Part shown: piece after piece, positions 7,978 to 14,897 of the stretch
How the letters are laid out: the number at the start of each line of letters is the position of its first letter
Position numbering within the stretch: position 1 is the stretch's first letter
Source: a virus
IMG/VR virus record: IMGVR_UViG_3300042508_000910
Strand: one strand, 5' to 3'
Length of the DNA stretch: 64,000 bases
The notes under the pieces: generated by a model
Seen by the model: the letters and a program-made list of their open reading frames with translations, nothing else
What the model was told of the DNA's origin: nothing
Databases searched by the model: none
Translations under genes and position numbers: made by a program

Positions 7978-8050
7978 TAAGTCGTTGATTATCAGCGGCT
8001 TACGTCAGCGACCTCCCTGCGGTTGTAAGTCATTGATACTCAACGAGATT
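7978..8050. repeat. Paired-palindrome element, copy 5
   Basis: taagtcgttgattatcagcggctta + 23 bp + taagtcattgatactcaacgagatt. Confidence 0.9.
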
Positions 8051-8100
8051 TAACTGCAAAAAAAACTTGTCACAAGAAAAAAAAGTGATAAAGTTTATCT

Positions 8101-8736
8101 ATGTTCAAAAACAAAAAGCAAGCCGAAGCTATTGTCGGCACATTATCTAAACCTTCGAAGATGCCAGGTTATGCTTATTCAACGCCAGCGAAGCGTTGCA
8201 TTATCGGACAGAAAATGCGTCAAGTTGCGGGAAGCATTTGTGCGTTCTGCTATGCTCTTAAAGGGCGTTATGTTTTCCCTAATGTTCAAGCGGCGATGGA
8301 AAAGCGTTTCGCTTCTCTTACTCACGATCTTTGGGTGGATGCGATGACTTACCTTATTAACAAAGCAAACAACCCTCACTTCCGTTGGCACGATTCGGGA
8401 GATTTGCAAGGCATTTGGCATCTCGAAAAGATTGTCAAAGTCGCAAAGAATCTTCCACATATTTCTTTTTGGTTGCCTACTCGTGAATACTCTTTTGTTT
8501 CAGAGTATATAGCAAAAGGCGGTGAGGTTCCTTTTAATCTTACTATCCGCTTGTCTGCTCTTATGATGAACGGCCCCGCACCCGTTGGCTTGGCTGAGAG
8601 ACTTGGCCTTTGTGTTAGTGGTGCGAGCAACAAGGGAGAGTTTAATTGCCCATCCTCTAAACAAGGCAACAAGTGCGGTTCGTGCCGTGCGTGTTGGCAT
8701 AAGAATGAGTTTGCAATTAACTACAAAAAGCATTAA
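8101..8736 (+). CDS. Phage Gp88-like Cys-rich protein (radical-SAM-like)
   Basis: SKMPG, CAFCYALKGRY, FRWHDSGDL, FWLPTRE and CGSCRACW motifs. Confidence 0.75.
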   Translation: MFKNKKQAEAIVGTLSKPSKMPGYAYSTPAKRCIIGQKMRQVAGSICAFCYALKGRYVFPNVQAAMEKRFASLTHDLWVDAMTYLINKANNPHFRWHDSGDLQGIWHLEKIVKVAKNLPHISFWLPTREYSFVSEYIAKGGEVPFNLTIRLSALMMNGPAPVGLAERLGLCVSGASNKGEFNCPSSKQGNKCGSCRACWHKNEFAINYKKH

Positions 8737-8797
8737 GATGTTCCAATGGAAATCTTAATCTTAATCCTTGGAATTATAATCAGCTTGTTAATCTAAA

Positions 8798-8947
8798 ATG
8801 AATATTGAAAAATTATTAAACGAAAATCTTGAAACCTTTTATCCGTGGAGCGACAACGATAATCCTCCACTCGATGCTGGAAAAACTTTTCTACAAAAAG
8901 AAAGAGAGATAGACGAATTTTTTGAGGGTTGGCGAGCCTCAATGTAA
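8798..8947 (+). CDS. Small hypothetical protein (49 aa)
   Basis: Read manually (MNIEKLLNENLETFYPW...); its stop is the first TAA of element copy 6. Confidence 0.5.
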   Translation: MNIEKLLNENLETFYPWSDNDNPPLDAGKTFLQKEREIDEFFEGWRASM

Positions 8948-9017
8948 GTCTCTGATTATCAAAGACTTACGAGAGCGCCCTCCCCGCCGCCGTAAGTCGT
9001 TGATAGTTAACTACTTA
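8945..9017. repeat. Paired-palindrome element, copy 6, at the convergence of the two early blocks
   Basis: taagtctctgattatcaaagactta + 23 bp + taagtcgttgatagttaactactta. Confidence 0.9.
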
Positions 9018-9124
9018 CGCTTACGCTCCCAAAGCCATACAGCAAAGTTGATAAGGGTTTCTAATGAGGCAAGAGCAAGGAAAAAAATTCCAAGCCCCGC
9101 GATTGCGAGTATATATTTTTCCAT
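9011..9124 (-). CDS. Small membrane protein (37 aa)
   Basis: Read manually: MEKYILAIAGLGIFFLALASLETLINFAVWLWERKRK; GGAG upstream. Confidence 0.5.
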   Translation of the reverse strand: MEKYILAIAGLGIFFLALASLETLINFAVWLWERKRK

Positions 9125-9126
9125 AA

Positions 9127-9399
9127 TTATTCTCCGCAGATTTCTGGATCACCAGCCCAACCGAAGTCTTCCATCTGGTAGCACCCGCCACCATAGTCCT
9201 CGTCTGTGCCGTGACCCGCAGAGGCCATAGCAGAATCGAAGTCGCCATCCATCGATTCGTCCACATCCGAGAGGTTAGATTGAGAAGATGCGAGGATGCG
9301 CTCGTCATCACGCGTCATCTCGTTAAGGATGTCGCGCACATCTAACCGAGTCAGCATGTGCTGGTTCATCCACTCCTTGAGTGAGGCTTTGTAGTCCAT
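9127..9399 (-). CDS. Acidic hypothetical protein
   Basis: C-terminal part of track ORF 9127..9573; start MDYKASL after GGAGG; SAMASAGHGTDEDYG motif. Confidence 0.65.
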   Translation of the reverse strand: MDYKASLKEWMNQHMLTRLDVRDILNEMTRDDERILASSQSNLSDVDESMDGDFDSAMASAGHGTDEDYGGGCYQMEDFGWAGDPEICGE

Positions 9400-9400
9400 A

Positions 9401-9625
9401 TTATTTGACCTCCATTCCATTCTGACAGGTGAGGCGAAAAGGAACAGCCTTCGCGCCGAAGAAGTTGGTGACCTCGGTATCCCTCTCATCGTAAGAGGGA
9501 GCCATCTTGTCGAGCATCTCGTTGATGGCATCAGGGGAGTTGATGTAGTCGAAGAAAGCCTCCGCATCAGCAAAGGCTTCGGTGCAGTTAATCGAGGCTA
9601 GGTAGGATATGTCGTTGTTGTTCAT
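9401..9625 (-). CDS. Hypothetical protein
   Basis: ORF track; TTGACA at 9659, 34 nt before ATG. Confidence 0.7.
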   Translation of the reverse strand: MNNNDISYLASINCTEAFADAEAFFDYINSPDAINEMLDKMAPSYDERDTEVTNFFGAKAVPFRLTCQNGMEVK

Positions 9626-9644
9626 ATAGGTAATGTATCACAGA

Positions 9645-10010
9645 TTACGATTCTGTCAAAGATTTTCTATAAGAATATTCCATTGAATGACAACGTCTTA
9701 CAAAAGTTGCTGGTTTTATTTCTGAAATGATTTGATCTGCTAGGGCTTCGCCGTGAGAGTTCCAATCACCTTGAGCAAAAGATGATTCGAGATTCGTGGC
9801 GAGTGCGAGAGATAAAGCCCTGCGAAACTTCGCTGGTTCTGCATAAAAGTAAAATGCTTTCTCGCCACCAAGATTTTTCAAACGATAATTAGTCCCGCCA
9901 AAATTGTAAATTGCATTGTAGAATCTTTCAGCAGATGCGAAATCAGTCTCTAATAAATAGGCGAGGTTAGGGCCAAAAGGTTCAGAGAAGATTCTTATTT
10001 TGTTTTGCAT
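9645..10010 (-). CDS. Hypothetical protein, FHN..YN.GGT family paralog 2
   Basis: AERFYNAIYNFGGT...GGEKAFYFYAEP; promoter at 10044. Confidence 0.75.
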   Translation of the reverse strand: MQNKIRIFSEPFGPNLAYLLETDFASAERFYNAIYNFGGTNYRLKNLGGEKAFYFYAEPAKFRRALSLALATNLESSFAQGDWNSHGEALADQIISEIKPATFVRRCHSMEYSYRKSLTES

Positions 10011-10051
10011 AAAAAAAGGATATCAGATTTTTTATTTTTGTCAAGCTTTTG

Positions 10052-10124
10052 TAAGTTGTTGATAGTCAAGGACTTGCGCGCGCGGGGGCTCTTCGTGCGT
10101 AAGTCGTTGATGCTTAGAGACTTA
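10052..10124. repeat. Paired-palindrome element, copy 7
   Basis: taagttgttgatagtcaaggacttg + 23 bp + taagtcgttgatgcttagagactta. Confidence 0.9.
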
Positions 10125-10263
10125 CAACAGGTCTCGAAGGTTCAAACAACTCGCAGAAAGATAGTAAAAAAATCTTTCCCTCAAAAAGTTTTTATTCTCG
10201 CCGTGAAAAACTGCGAGACGAAAAGTTTTTTTATTTATTTGGAAAAGAATCTTTTTCATCTTT

Positions 10264-10554
10264 TTAGACTCCTTCCGCTTTGGCGATGTCTCTGCCAATT
10301 TCAACCGAGAGGTTGAGTTGATCCACGAGGTGCTGATTCTTTGCCAGCTTCGTGATGGTCACAGCTTTTTCGGTTGCCCAATCCCAGCGAGAGGAATATC
10401 CTGCACCTTGACTCACGCTGATTTTGATGAAGGTGTTTTCGTCTTTCACATAAAGGATTTCCTCGGTAGGAAGCCAAGGAGTTTTCGTCCTGTCATTGGT
10501 CAAGAGGTAGAAGGTTCCGATTTCGGGTTGAATTGCTTTGTTCTTATCTTTCAT
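10264..10554 (-). CDS. Hypothetical protein
   Basis: ORF track; TTGACA at 10588, 34 nt before ATG. Confidence 0.7.
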   Translation of the reverse strand: MKDKNKAIQPEIGTFYLLTNDRTKTPWLPTEEILYVKDENTFIKISVSQGAGYSSRWDWATEKAVTITKLAKNQHLVDQLNLSVEIGRDIAKAEGV

Positions 10555-10594
10555 ACTTTTATCCTATCAGATTTTTTGATTTTGTCAACTTTTA

Positions 10595-10619
10595 TTTTGC
10601 GTTGATCTTCAACGACTTA
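10595..10619. repeat. Solo palindrome
   Basis: ttttgcgttgatcttcaacgactta; right arm is perfect consensus. Confidence 0.75.
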
Positions 10620-10766
10620 GGACTTCTTTCCATAAAGTTTTGCCTTTTTCAAGGCGTGAAGTCTGGCTTTCTCTGGATTGTTTCCTTTCCATTCAGCCCA
10701 ACGCTTGCGGTTAAGTTCCCACTTGCGTTGGTTATCTTCGTATCTTTTAATGTCATCTTGATTCAT
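10617..10766 (-). CDS. Small basic hypothetical protein
   Basis: Track ORF with start moved to MNQDDIK; its stop is the TAA of the solo palindrome. Confidence 0.55.
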   Translation of the reverse strand: MNQDDIKRYEDNQRKWELNRKRWAEWKGNNPEKARLHALKKAKLYGKKS

Positions 10767-10767
10767 T

Positions 10768-11037
10768 TTATTTATTACCTTTCTTGATGAATTCTGCTTT
10801 TTTAAGGTAGATCGTTGTGGTCTTACCTTTATCCTCACCTTCGAGGATTTCAGCAACAGCGGTTTCTGCTGTAGTTTTATAAACGAGTTTGACTAAAACT
10901 CCTTCGTATAAGTAAACATCACCGAAAAAGGTTTCGGTGTTTGTGTAGACTTTAGAAGCATCTACTTTGCTTGATGCCTTACGCATCGTTTCACGCATCA
11001 GCTTTCGCTGATAGTTCCAATTTATCATTCTATGCAT
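10768..11037 (-). CDS. Hypothetical protein
   Basis: Track ORF with start moved to MHRMINW after AAGGA. Confidence 0.6.
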   Translation of the reverse strand: MHRMINWNYQRKLMRETMRKASSKVDASKVYTNTETFFGDVYLYEGVLVKLVYKTTAETAVAEILEGEDKGKTTTIYLKKAEFIKKGNK

Positions 11038-11044
11038 TGTCTTA

Positions 11045-11191
11045 TTATCCTTTCTTAAGAGTTTCGATTTCGTCAATTTTGACGATGATTTTTTCCATCC
11101 GCTTTGCGGATTCTTGGTAAGCCTTGGAAATTTCTTCCAAGCGGCGAATTGTTTCATTGAGGTCGAATTTGATTTTGGTTTTTGTTTTCAT
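11045..11191 (-). CDS. Small coiled-coil protein, paralog of 12951..13124
   Basis: MKTKTKIKFDLNETIRRLEEI... Confidence 0.65.
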   Translation of the reverse strand: MKTKTKIKFDLNETIRRLEEISKAYQESAKRMEKIIVKIDEIETLKKG

Positions 11192-11260
11192 TTTTTTCTT
11201 CTTTCTTTCTACCTTTAATCTATCACATTTTTCATTTTTCGCAAGAAAAATCTTCATTTA

Positions 11261-11333
11261 AATTTCATTGACCATCAACGAGTTACAACGCAAGGGAGGC
11301 GGCTTATGTAAGTTCTTGATAGTTAAGAACTTA
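11261..11333. repeat. Paired-palindrome element, copy 8
   Basis: aatttcattgaccatcaacgagtta + 23 bp + taagttcttgatagttaagaactta. Confidence 0.85.
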
Positions 11334-11459
11334 GGTTTTATGCGTTCCATCAGGTTTTGGTCAAAGATCATTCGTGATCTTTTCGCTTCCATCAGGTTTT
11401 GTCGCAAGATCGAACTGGAAAGCATAACATTAAAATGTTGTGCCCAATTTATTTGGATA

Positions 11460-11532
11460 TAACATGTTGATTATCAAACACTTACAGAGACTGCCTCCCG
11501 CCTTGCGTAAGTCGTTGATGTTGAACAACTTA
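11460..11532. repeat. Paired-palindrome element, copy 9
   Basis: taacatgttgattatcaaacactta + 23 bp + taagtcgttgatgttgaacaactta. Confidence 0.85.
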
Positions 11533-11545
11533 CGAAAGGATGATT

Positions 11546-11926
11546 TTAGAGGGGTAAAACTTTGATCTCTAAAGATTCTTCCAGATATTTTTTTGAGGGC
11601 TTGAAAAAAATCACACGCTCGAAAACTTTTTCGGTTGTGACATTTTCGGGGAGTGAAACAGTTTCGCCCTCGCTGTCTGTGCCAACGATCAACGCTTTGC
11701 CAGCGAAAGGTTGTGAACCGATTCCAAACTTAAAGTAGGCTTGAGATTCTGAATCTTTCAAGAGTCCTTCGTCATCCAGAATCATGTCCACGCCATCAGC
11801 GAGACCTGCCATCGTGATGATCTCGCAATCAATGAGAGTGCGAAGGGTTTGGAATTTAGTGTCCACAAGCGTCACCTGCGACACAGTTTCGGTGAATGGG
11901 TCAATGAGTATTGCTCTCGCCATCAT
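11546..11926 (-). CDS. DUF3846-like protein
   Basis: ILIDP...DDEGLL...PFAGKALIVGTD.EGET.SL pattern. Confidence 0.7.
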   Translation of the reverse strand: MMARAILIDPFTETVSQVTLVDTKFQTLRTLIDCEIITMAGLADGVDMILDDEGLLKDSESQAYFKFGIGSQPFAGKALIVGTDSEGETVSLPENVTTEKVFERVIFFKPSKKYLEESLEIKVLPL

Positions 11927-11927
11927 A

Positions 11928-12077
11928 TTAGATGCTCCTTGTTTTGAGTAGATCGCTCAACTCGTTAAGGTAAACTCCAGCCGTGTTGCTGAAGCGGTTA
12001 TCGTTTAGCTCTTTGATGATATTGACTAGACGACTAGCCAACTCGATCACTTCTTCGTTGTTGATGGTTTTATTCAT
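11928..12077 (-). CDS. Small hypothetical protein (49 aa)
   Basis: Read manually (MNKTINNEEVIELASRL...); TTGACA at 12111, 34 nt before ATG. Confidence 0.6.
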   Translation of the reverse strand: MNKTINNEEVIELASRLVNIIKELNDNRFSNTAGVYLNELSDLLKTRSI

Positions 12078-12114
12078 ATGTTTAGTTTATCATACTTTTC
12101 TTTGTTGTCAAGTC

Positions 12115-12492
12115 TTACAAGCGGTAAAACTTGTGATTCTGAATGACTGCTATGGGCTTCTCACCCTTCGACCACTTGGGCGACACTTGGAATGTGTGGT
12201 AATGGTTCGCACCATTCACGACATCGGGCATCTTCTTTTGTGCCACAAGTTTCGCAAGATGGATTGCGTTCTGTGCTTGAGGATTAGCCAAGAGCTTCCG
12301 CTTCTGTGCTTCAGTCACTCCACCATTCCAGAAGCTGAATTGCTTTGGTGCAAGACAGACTTGGGATGCTGTCTGCTTACGCTCTATCGCTCTTGTCTGA
12401 ATAACAGAGGCAACGCCAGCCATGCCCTCGATGCCTTCGCCTCGTGCTTCGCCAAGGATGGTCAAAGCTATAACAAGAATCTCTGCGGTCAT
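12115..12492 (-). CDS. Cell wall hydrolase, SleB/Hydrolase_2 family
   Basis: TILGEARGE..GM..VASVI..R, QFSFWN, GANHYH, W...I.NHKFY. Confidence 0.88.
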   Translation of the reverse strand: MTAEILVIALTILGEARGEGIEGMAGVASVIQTRAIERKQTASQVCLAPKQFSFWNGGVTEAQKRKLLANPQAQNAIHLAKLVAQKKMPDVVNGANHYHTFQVSPKWSKGEKPIAVIQNHKFYRL

Positions 12493-12911
12493 TAGTCTCT
12501 CCCGTTGCTGATGGCTCCGCAGTAGTCGCTAGGCTTCTCTGCGGTGATGCTTCCAAGGTTAAAGACATCGGTGCTGATAGCTGTGCGAAGGAATCGCCCA
12601 TCCTTAATTGTATCGAACTTGTCTTTTGCTTTTTGCTTCGCAAGGCTAAGAAGTCCACCCTTCAAGCCCTTTGCTTTGATCTTATTGCATAGAGCATACA
12701 GGGCAACTTTGGTCATCGCTTCTAGCACGGCTTCGGGCTGTGCGTAGAAGTAGAACGCTTTGCCGTTGCCCATATCGTGCAACTCTCCATTGGTTGCACT
12801 ATGGTTATACATAGCATTGTGAAATGTCTCGATGTGCTTCTTATCGCCTTCCAAGAGGAAAGCGGTAGTATTGCCGAAGGGTTGTTTGGTGATGGTGATT
12901 TGGTTTTTCAT
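12492..12911 (-). CDS. Hypothetical protein, FHN..YN.GGT family paralog 3
   Basis: IETFHNAMYNHSATNGEL..GNGKAFYFYAQP; start at MKNQIT. Confidence 0.75.
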   Translation of the reverse strand: MKNQITITKQPFGNTTAFLLEGDKKHIETFHNAMYNHSATNGELHDMGNGKAFYFYAQPEAVLEAMTKVALYALCNKIKAKGLKGGLLSLAKQKAKDKFDTIKDGRFLRTAISTDVFNLGSITAEKPSDYCGAISNGRD

Positions 12912-12950
12912 ATAGCTTATATTGCTTTCTGGTTTGGTTTTCGTCAAGGG

Positions 12951-13124
12951 TTATTTGATGACAGGTTCGCCCATATACTTCTGATGGGCTTCGTCCTTCT
13001 TCGCTTGGGCTTCTGCCACGATGTTATCGAGGCGTTGGGCAGAGGCTTTGTAGCCTTCTGCGATGGCGTTGAGCCTGCGGATAGTTTCGTTGATGTCGAA
13101 CTTGATGTTTGCTTTAACTTTCAT
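12951..13124 (-). CDS. Small coiled-coil protein (57 aa), paralog of 11045..11191
   Basis: Read manually: MKVKANIKFDINETIRRLNAIAEGYKASAQRLDNIV...; promoter at 13158. Confidence 0.7.
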   Translation of the reverse strand: MKVKANIKFDINETIRRLNAIAEGYKASAQRLDNIVAEAQAKKDEAHQKYMGEPVIK

Positions 13125-13175
13125 ACTCTTAATCTATCACACTTTAGGGATTCTGCAAGGGTTTTTCTTCAGTTA

Positions 13176-13200
13176 AATTTCATTGATAGTCAACGACTTA
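13176..13200. repeat. Solo palindrome at the edge of the early region
   Basis: aatttcattgatagtcaacgactta. Confidence 0.8.
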
Positions 13201-13460
13201 GGTAGCCCATATTTTTTTTATAGAATACCCTACCCATTTTTGAAAAGCTGGGGAACTTATGTTTTGTAAAAGAGGGGGGAGGGCCTGAATTTCATTCGCT
13301 ACTCTACTAATAATCCTTTCTTTATATACCCCCCCTACCCTTTTTAGAAAAATAATAGAGAAAAAGCTTATTAAAATTCATTTAAATCTTAAAAATTCGG
13401 GGGCCTATATATTTTTTTAACCTTTTATTGATATAAGGTCTTATTGTGTAATTAAGTCTA

Positions 13461-13703
13461 ATGAGAAAATGGATACCTATATTTCTTGGTTCAATTGGTT
13501 GTTTTTTTATACTTAAAACACTATTTAAGTTCGATAAAAGCAATAACACAGTAGTAGTTGCTCCTGCTAACAACGAAGAGGTTAGAAGAGCTATTCCTGT
13601 AATAACAAAAGCTGTCGAAAACCCTGCGCCCAACGCTTCAGATGCTTTGCCAGCCAGAAACTATCTACAGAGTAGCCAAAACAATATAAATAGCAAAAGG
13701 TAA
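13461..13703 (+). CDS. Small protein with N-terminal hydrophobic anchor
   Basis: ORF track; GTGTAA 15 nt upstream. Confidence 0.55.
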   Translation: MRKWIPIFLGSIGCFFILKTLFKFDKSNNTVVVAPANNEEVRRAIPVITKAVENPAPNASDALPARNYLQSSQNNINSKR

Positions 13704-13706
13704 TTT

Positions 13707-13850
13707 ATGGCCCAAAAGAAAAAAGTAAACAAATTAACAAAAAAAGAGTGCGAAGATATCTTAGCGCGTCTTTCTAATAGCAAAGATTCCCTATACTATA
13801 ATCATGTTGAAATAAGGCTTAAATTCCTTAATGAGTCTGATCTAAAATAA
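13707..13850 (+). CDS. Small hypothetical protein (47 aa)
   Basis: Read manually (MAQKKKVNKLTKKECEDIL...); fills the gap between two genes. Confidence 0.5.
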   Translation: MAQKKKVNKLTKKECEDILARLSNSKDSLYYNHVEIRLKFLNESDLK

Positions 13851-13852
13851 AT

Positions 13853-14872
13853 ATGTTTAAAAAAGTACTTAATTTTTCTGCTTTTTTGCTCGCTTCTTGT
13901 GCAGCCTTCTTCTCTGTTAAGGGTATAGCATTATTATTTGCTGCTAGTTTCTGGAGCGTTGCTATAATGGCAGGATCTCTTGAGATAGCTAAACTTGTGT
14001 GTGCATCTTACTTATATAGGTATTGGGATACTATTAATAAACTATTAAGAAGCTATATGTTAGCCGCGACCTTGCTTTTAATGGGCATAACTAGTCTTGG
14101 TATATTTGGATTTCTTTCAGATGCATTTCAAAAGAACTTTTCTCAATATAGTTTAAATGTTAGCAAGATCCAAGCTTTAAAATCTCAGCAAACTTTTATA
14201 TCATCTCAAGTAGACTTTAATAAAGGCAAATTGAAAGATCTTATAGAGCTTCAGAAAACATATCAATCATCATTAGATAGTGCGGTCAAGCAAGATGTCA
14301 CAGTAACTAAAACTAGTAGCGGCGGTTTATTTAGCTCTGGTCAAACAGAAAAAGTAACAGATAATAAACTATTAGATAGTCGTAATAAGATAGTAGAGGG
14401 TTCACAGCAAAATATAAATAGCTTATTTAATCAAATACAGATAGTTACGTCCGAGCTTCAAAATTTGGAGCAAAAAGCTTCTCAGACCGCTCAAGAGATT
14501 ATGGTATTAGAAGCTGATAATACCAAAGGAGAGATTGGTACATTTAAATTTGTAGCAGAAGCATTTGGTATGAAGATTGAGAATGCGGTTCGTTTGTTTA
14601 TTATACTTATTGTTATAGTATTTGATCCTCTAGCAGTTGCACTTGTTATAGCTTATAATAGTATCATAGTTAGACGAGAAGAGATTATTAAGAAAGTCGT
14701 AGAAGTAGAAAAGATAGTAGAGAAAGAAGTAGAGAAACCTGTTGAAAAGATTATAGAAAAAGTGGTAGAGAAACCTTTTGAAGTCATAAAAGAAATATAT
14801 TTAAATAGAGGATATAAAAGAGGCACAAAGAAAACTCATAACGAAGATCTTGCAGACCCAGATGCTAAATAG
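13853..14872 (+). CDS. Multi-pass membrane protein with coiled coil
   Basis: Three N-terminal TM helices, LEIAKL, TSLGIFGFLS, IVFDPLA, EKIVEK repeats. Confidence 0.8.
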   Translation: MFKKVLNFSAFLLASCAAFFSVKGIALLFAASFWSVAIMAGSLEIAKLVCASYLYRYWDTINKLLRSYMLAATLLLMGITSLGIFGFLSDAFQKNFSQYSLNVSKIQALKSQQTFISSQVDFNKGKLKDLIELQKTYQSSLDSAVKQDVTVTKTSSGGLFSSGQTEKVTDNKLLDSRNKIVEGSQQNINSLFNQIQIVTSELQNLEQKASQTAQEIMVLEADNTKGEIGTFKFVAEAFGMKIENAVRLFIILIVIVFDPLAVALVIAYNSIIVRREEIIKKVVEVEKIVEKEVEKPVEKIIEKVVEKPFEVIKEIYLNRGYKRGTKKTHNEDLADPDAK

Positions 14873-14897
14873 TGTAAATTAGGGTAAGGAATAAGGT

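Larger units (their letters stand above)
291..13158. promoter_or_regulatory. Set of about 20 sigma70-like early promoters (TTGACA-like, mostly 16-bp spacer)
   Basis: -35 first base on + at 291, 597, 930, 1580, 2623, 3066, 4544, 4815, 5310, 5915, 6484, 6862, 7458, 8067; on - at 9659, 10044, 10588, 11244, 12111, 12947, 13158. Confidence 0.8.

Noticed and set aside
8922-11462. Track ORFs 8922..9230, 10005..10316, 11268..11462 (also 1285..1485 and 6364..6600) sharing KSLI.KDLR
   Set aside because: The apparent protein motif is just the translated DNA palindrome; these ORFs oppose or overlap better-supported genes
1420-11532. Paired palindromes as CRISPR mini-arrays
   Set aside because: Repeats are degenerate even within a pair, spacers are only 23 bp and share a GC tract, and there are no cas genes or leader in the window
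1420-13200. Palindrome as FNR box, Fur box, dif site or integron attC
   Set aside because: Core is TTGA-N3-TCAA, not TTGAT-N4-ATCAA; flanks do not fit Fur; no XerD arm TTATGTTAAAT; no RYYYAAC/GTTRRRY ends and no integrase seen
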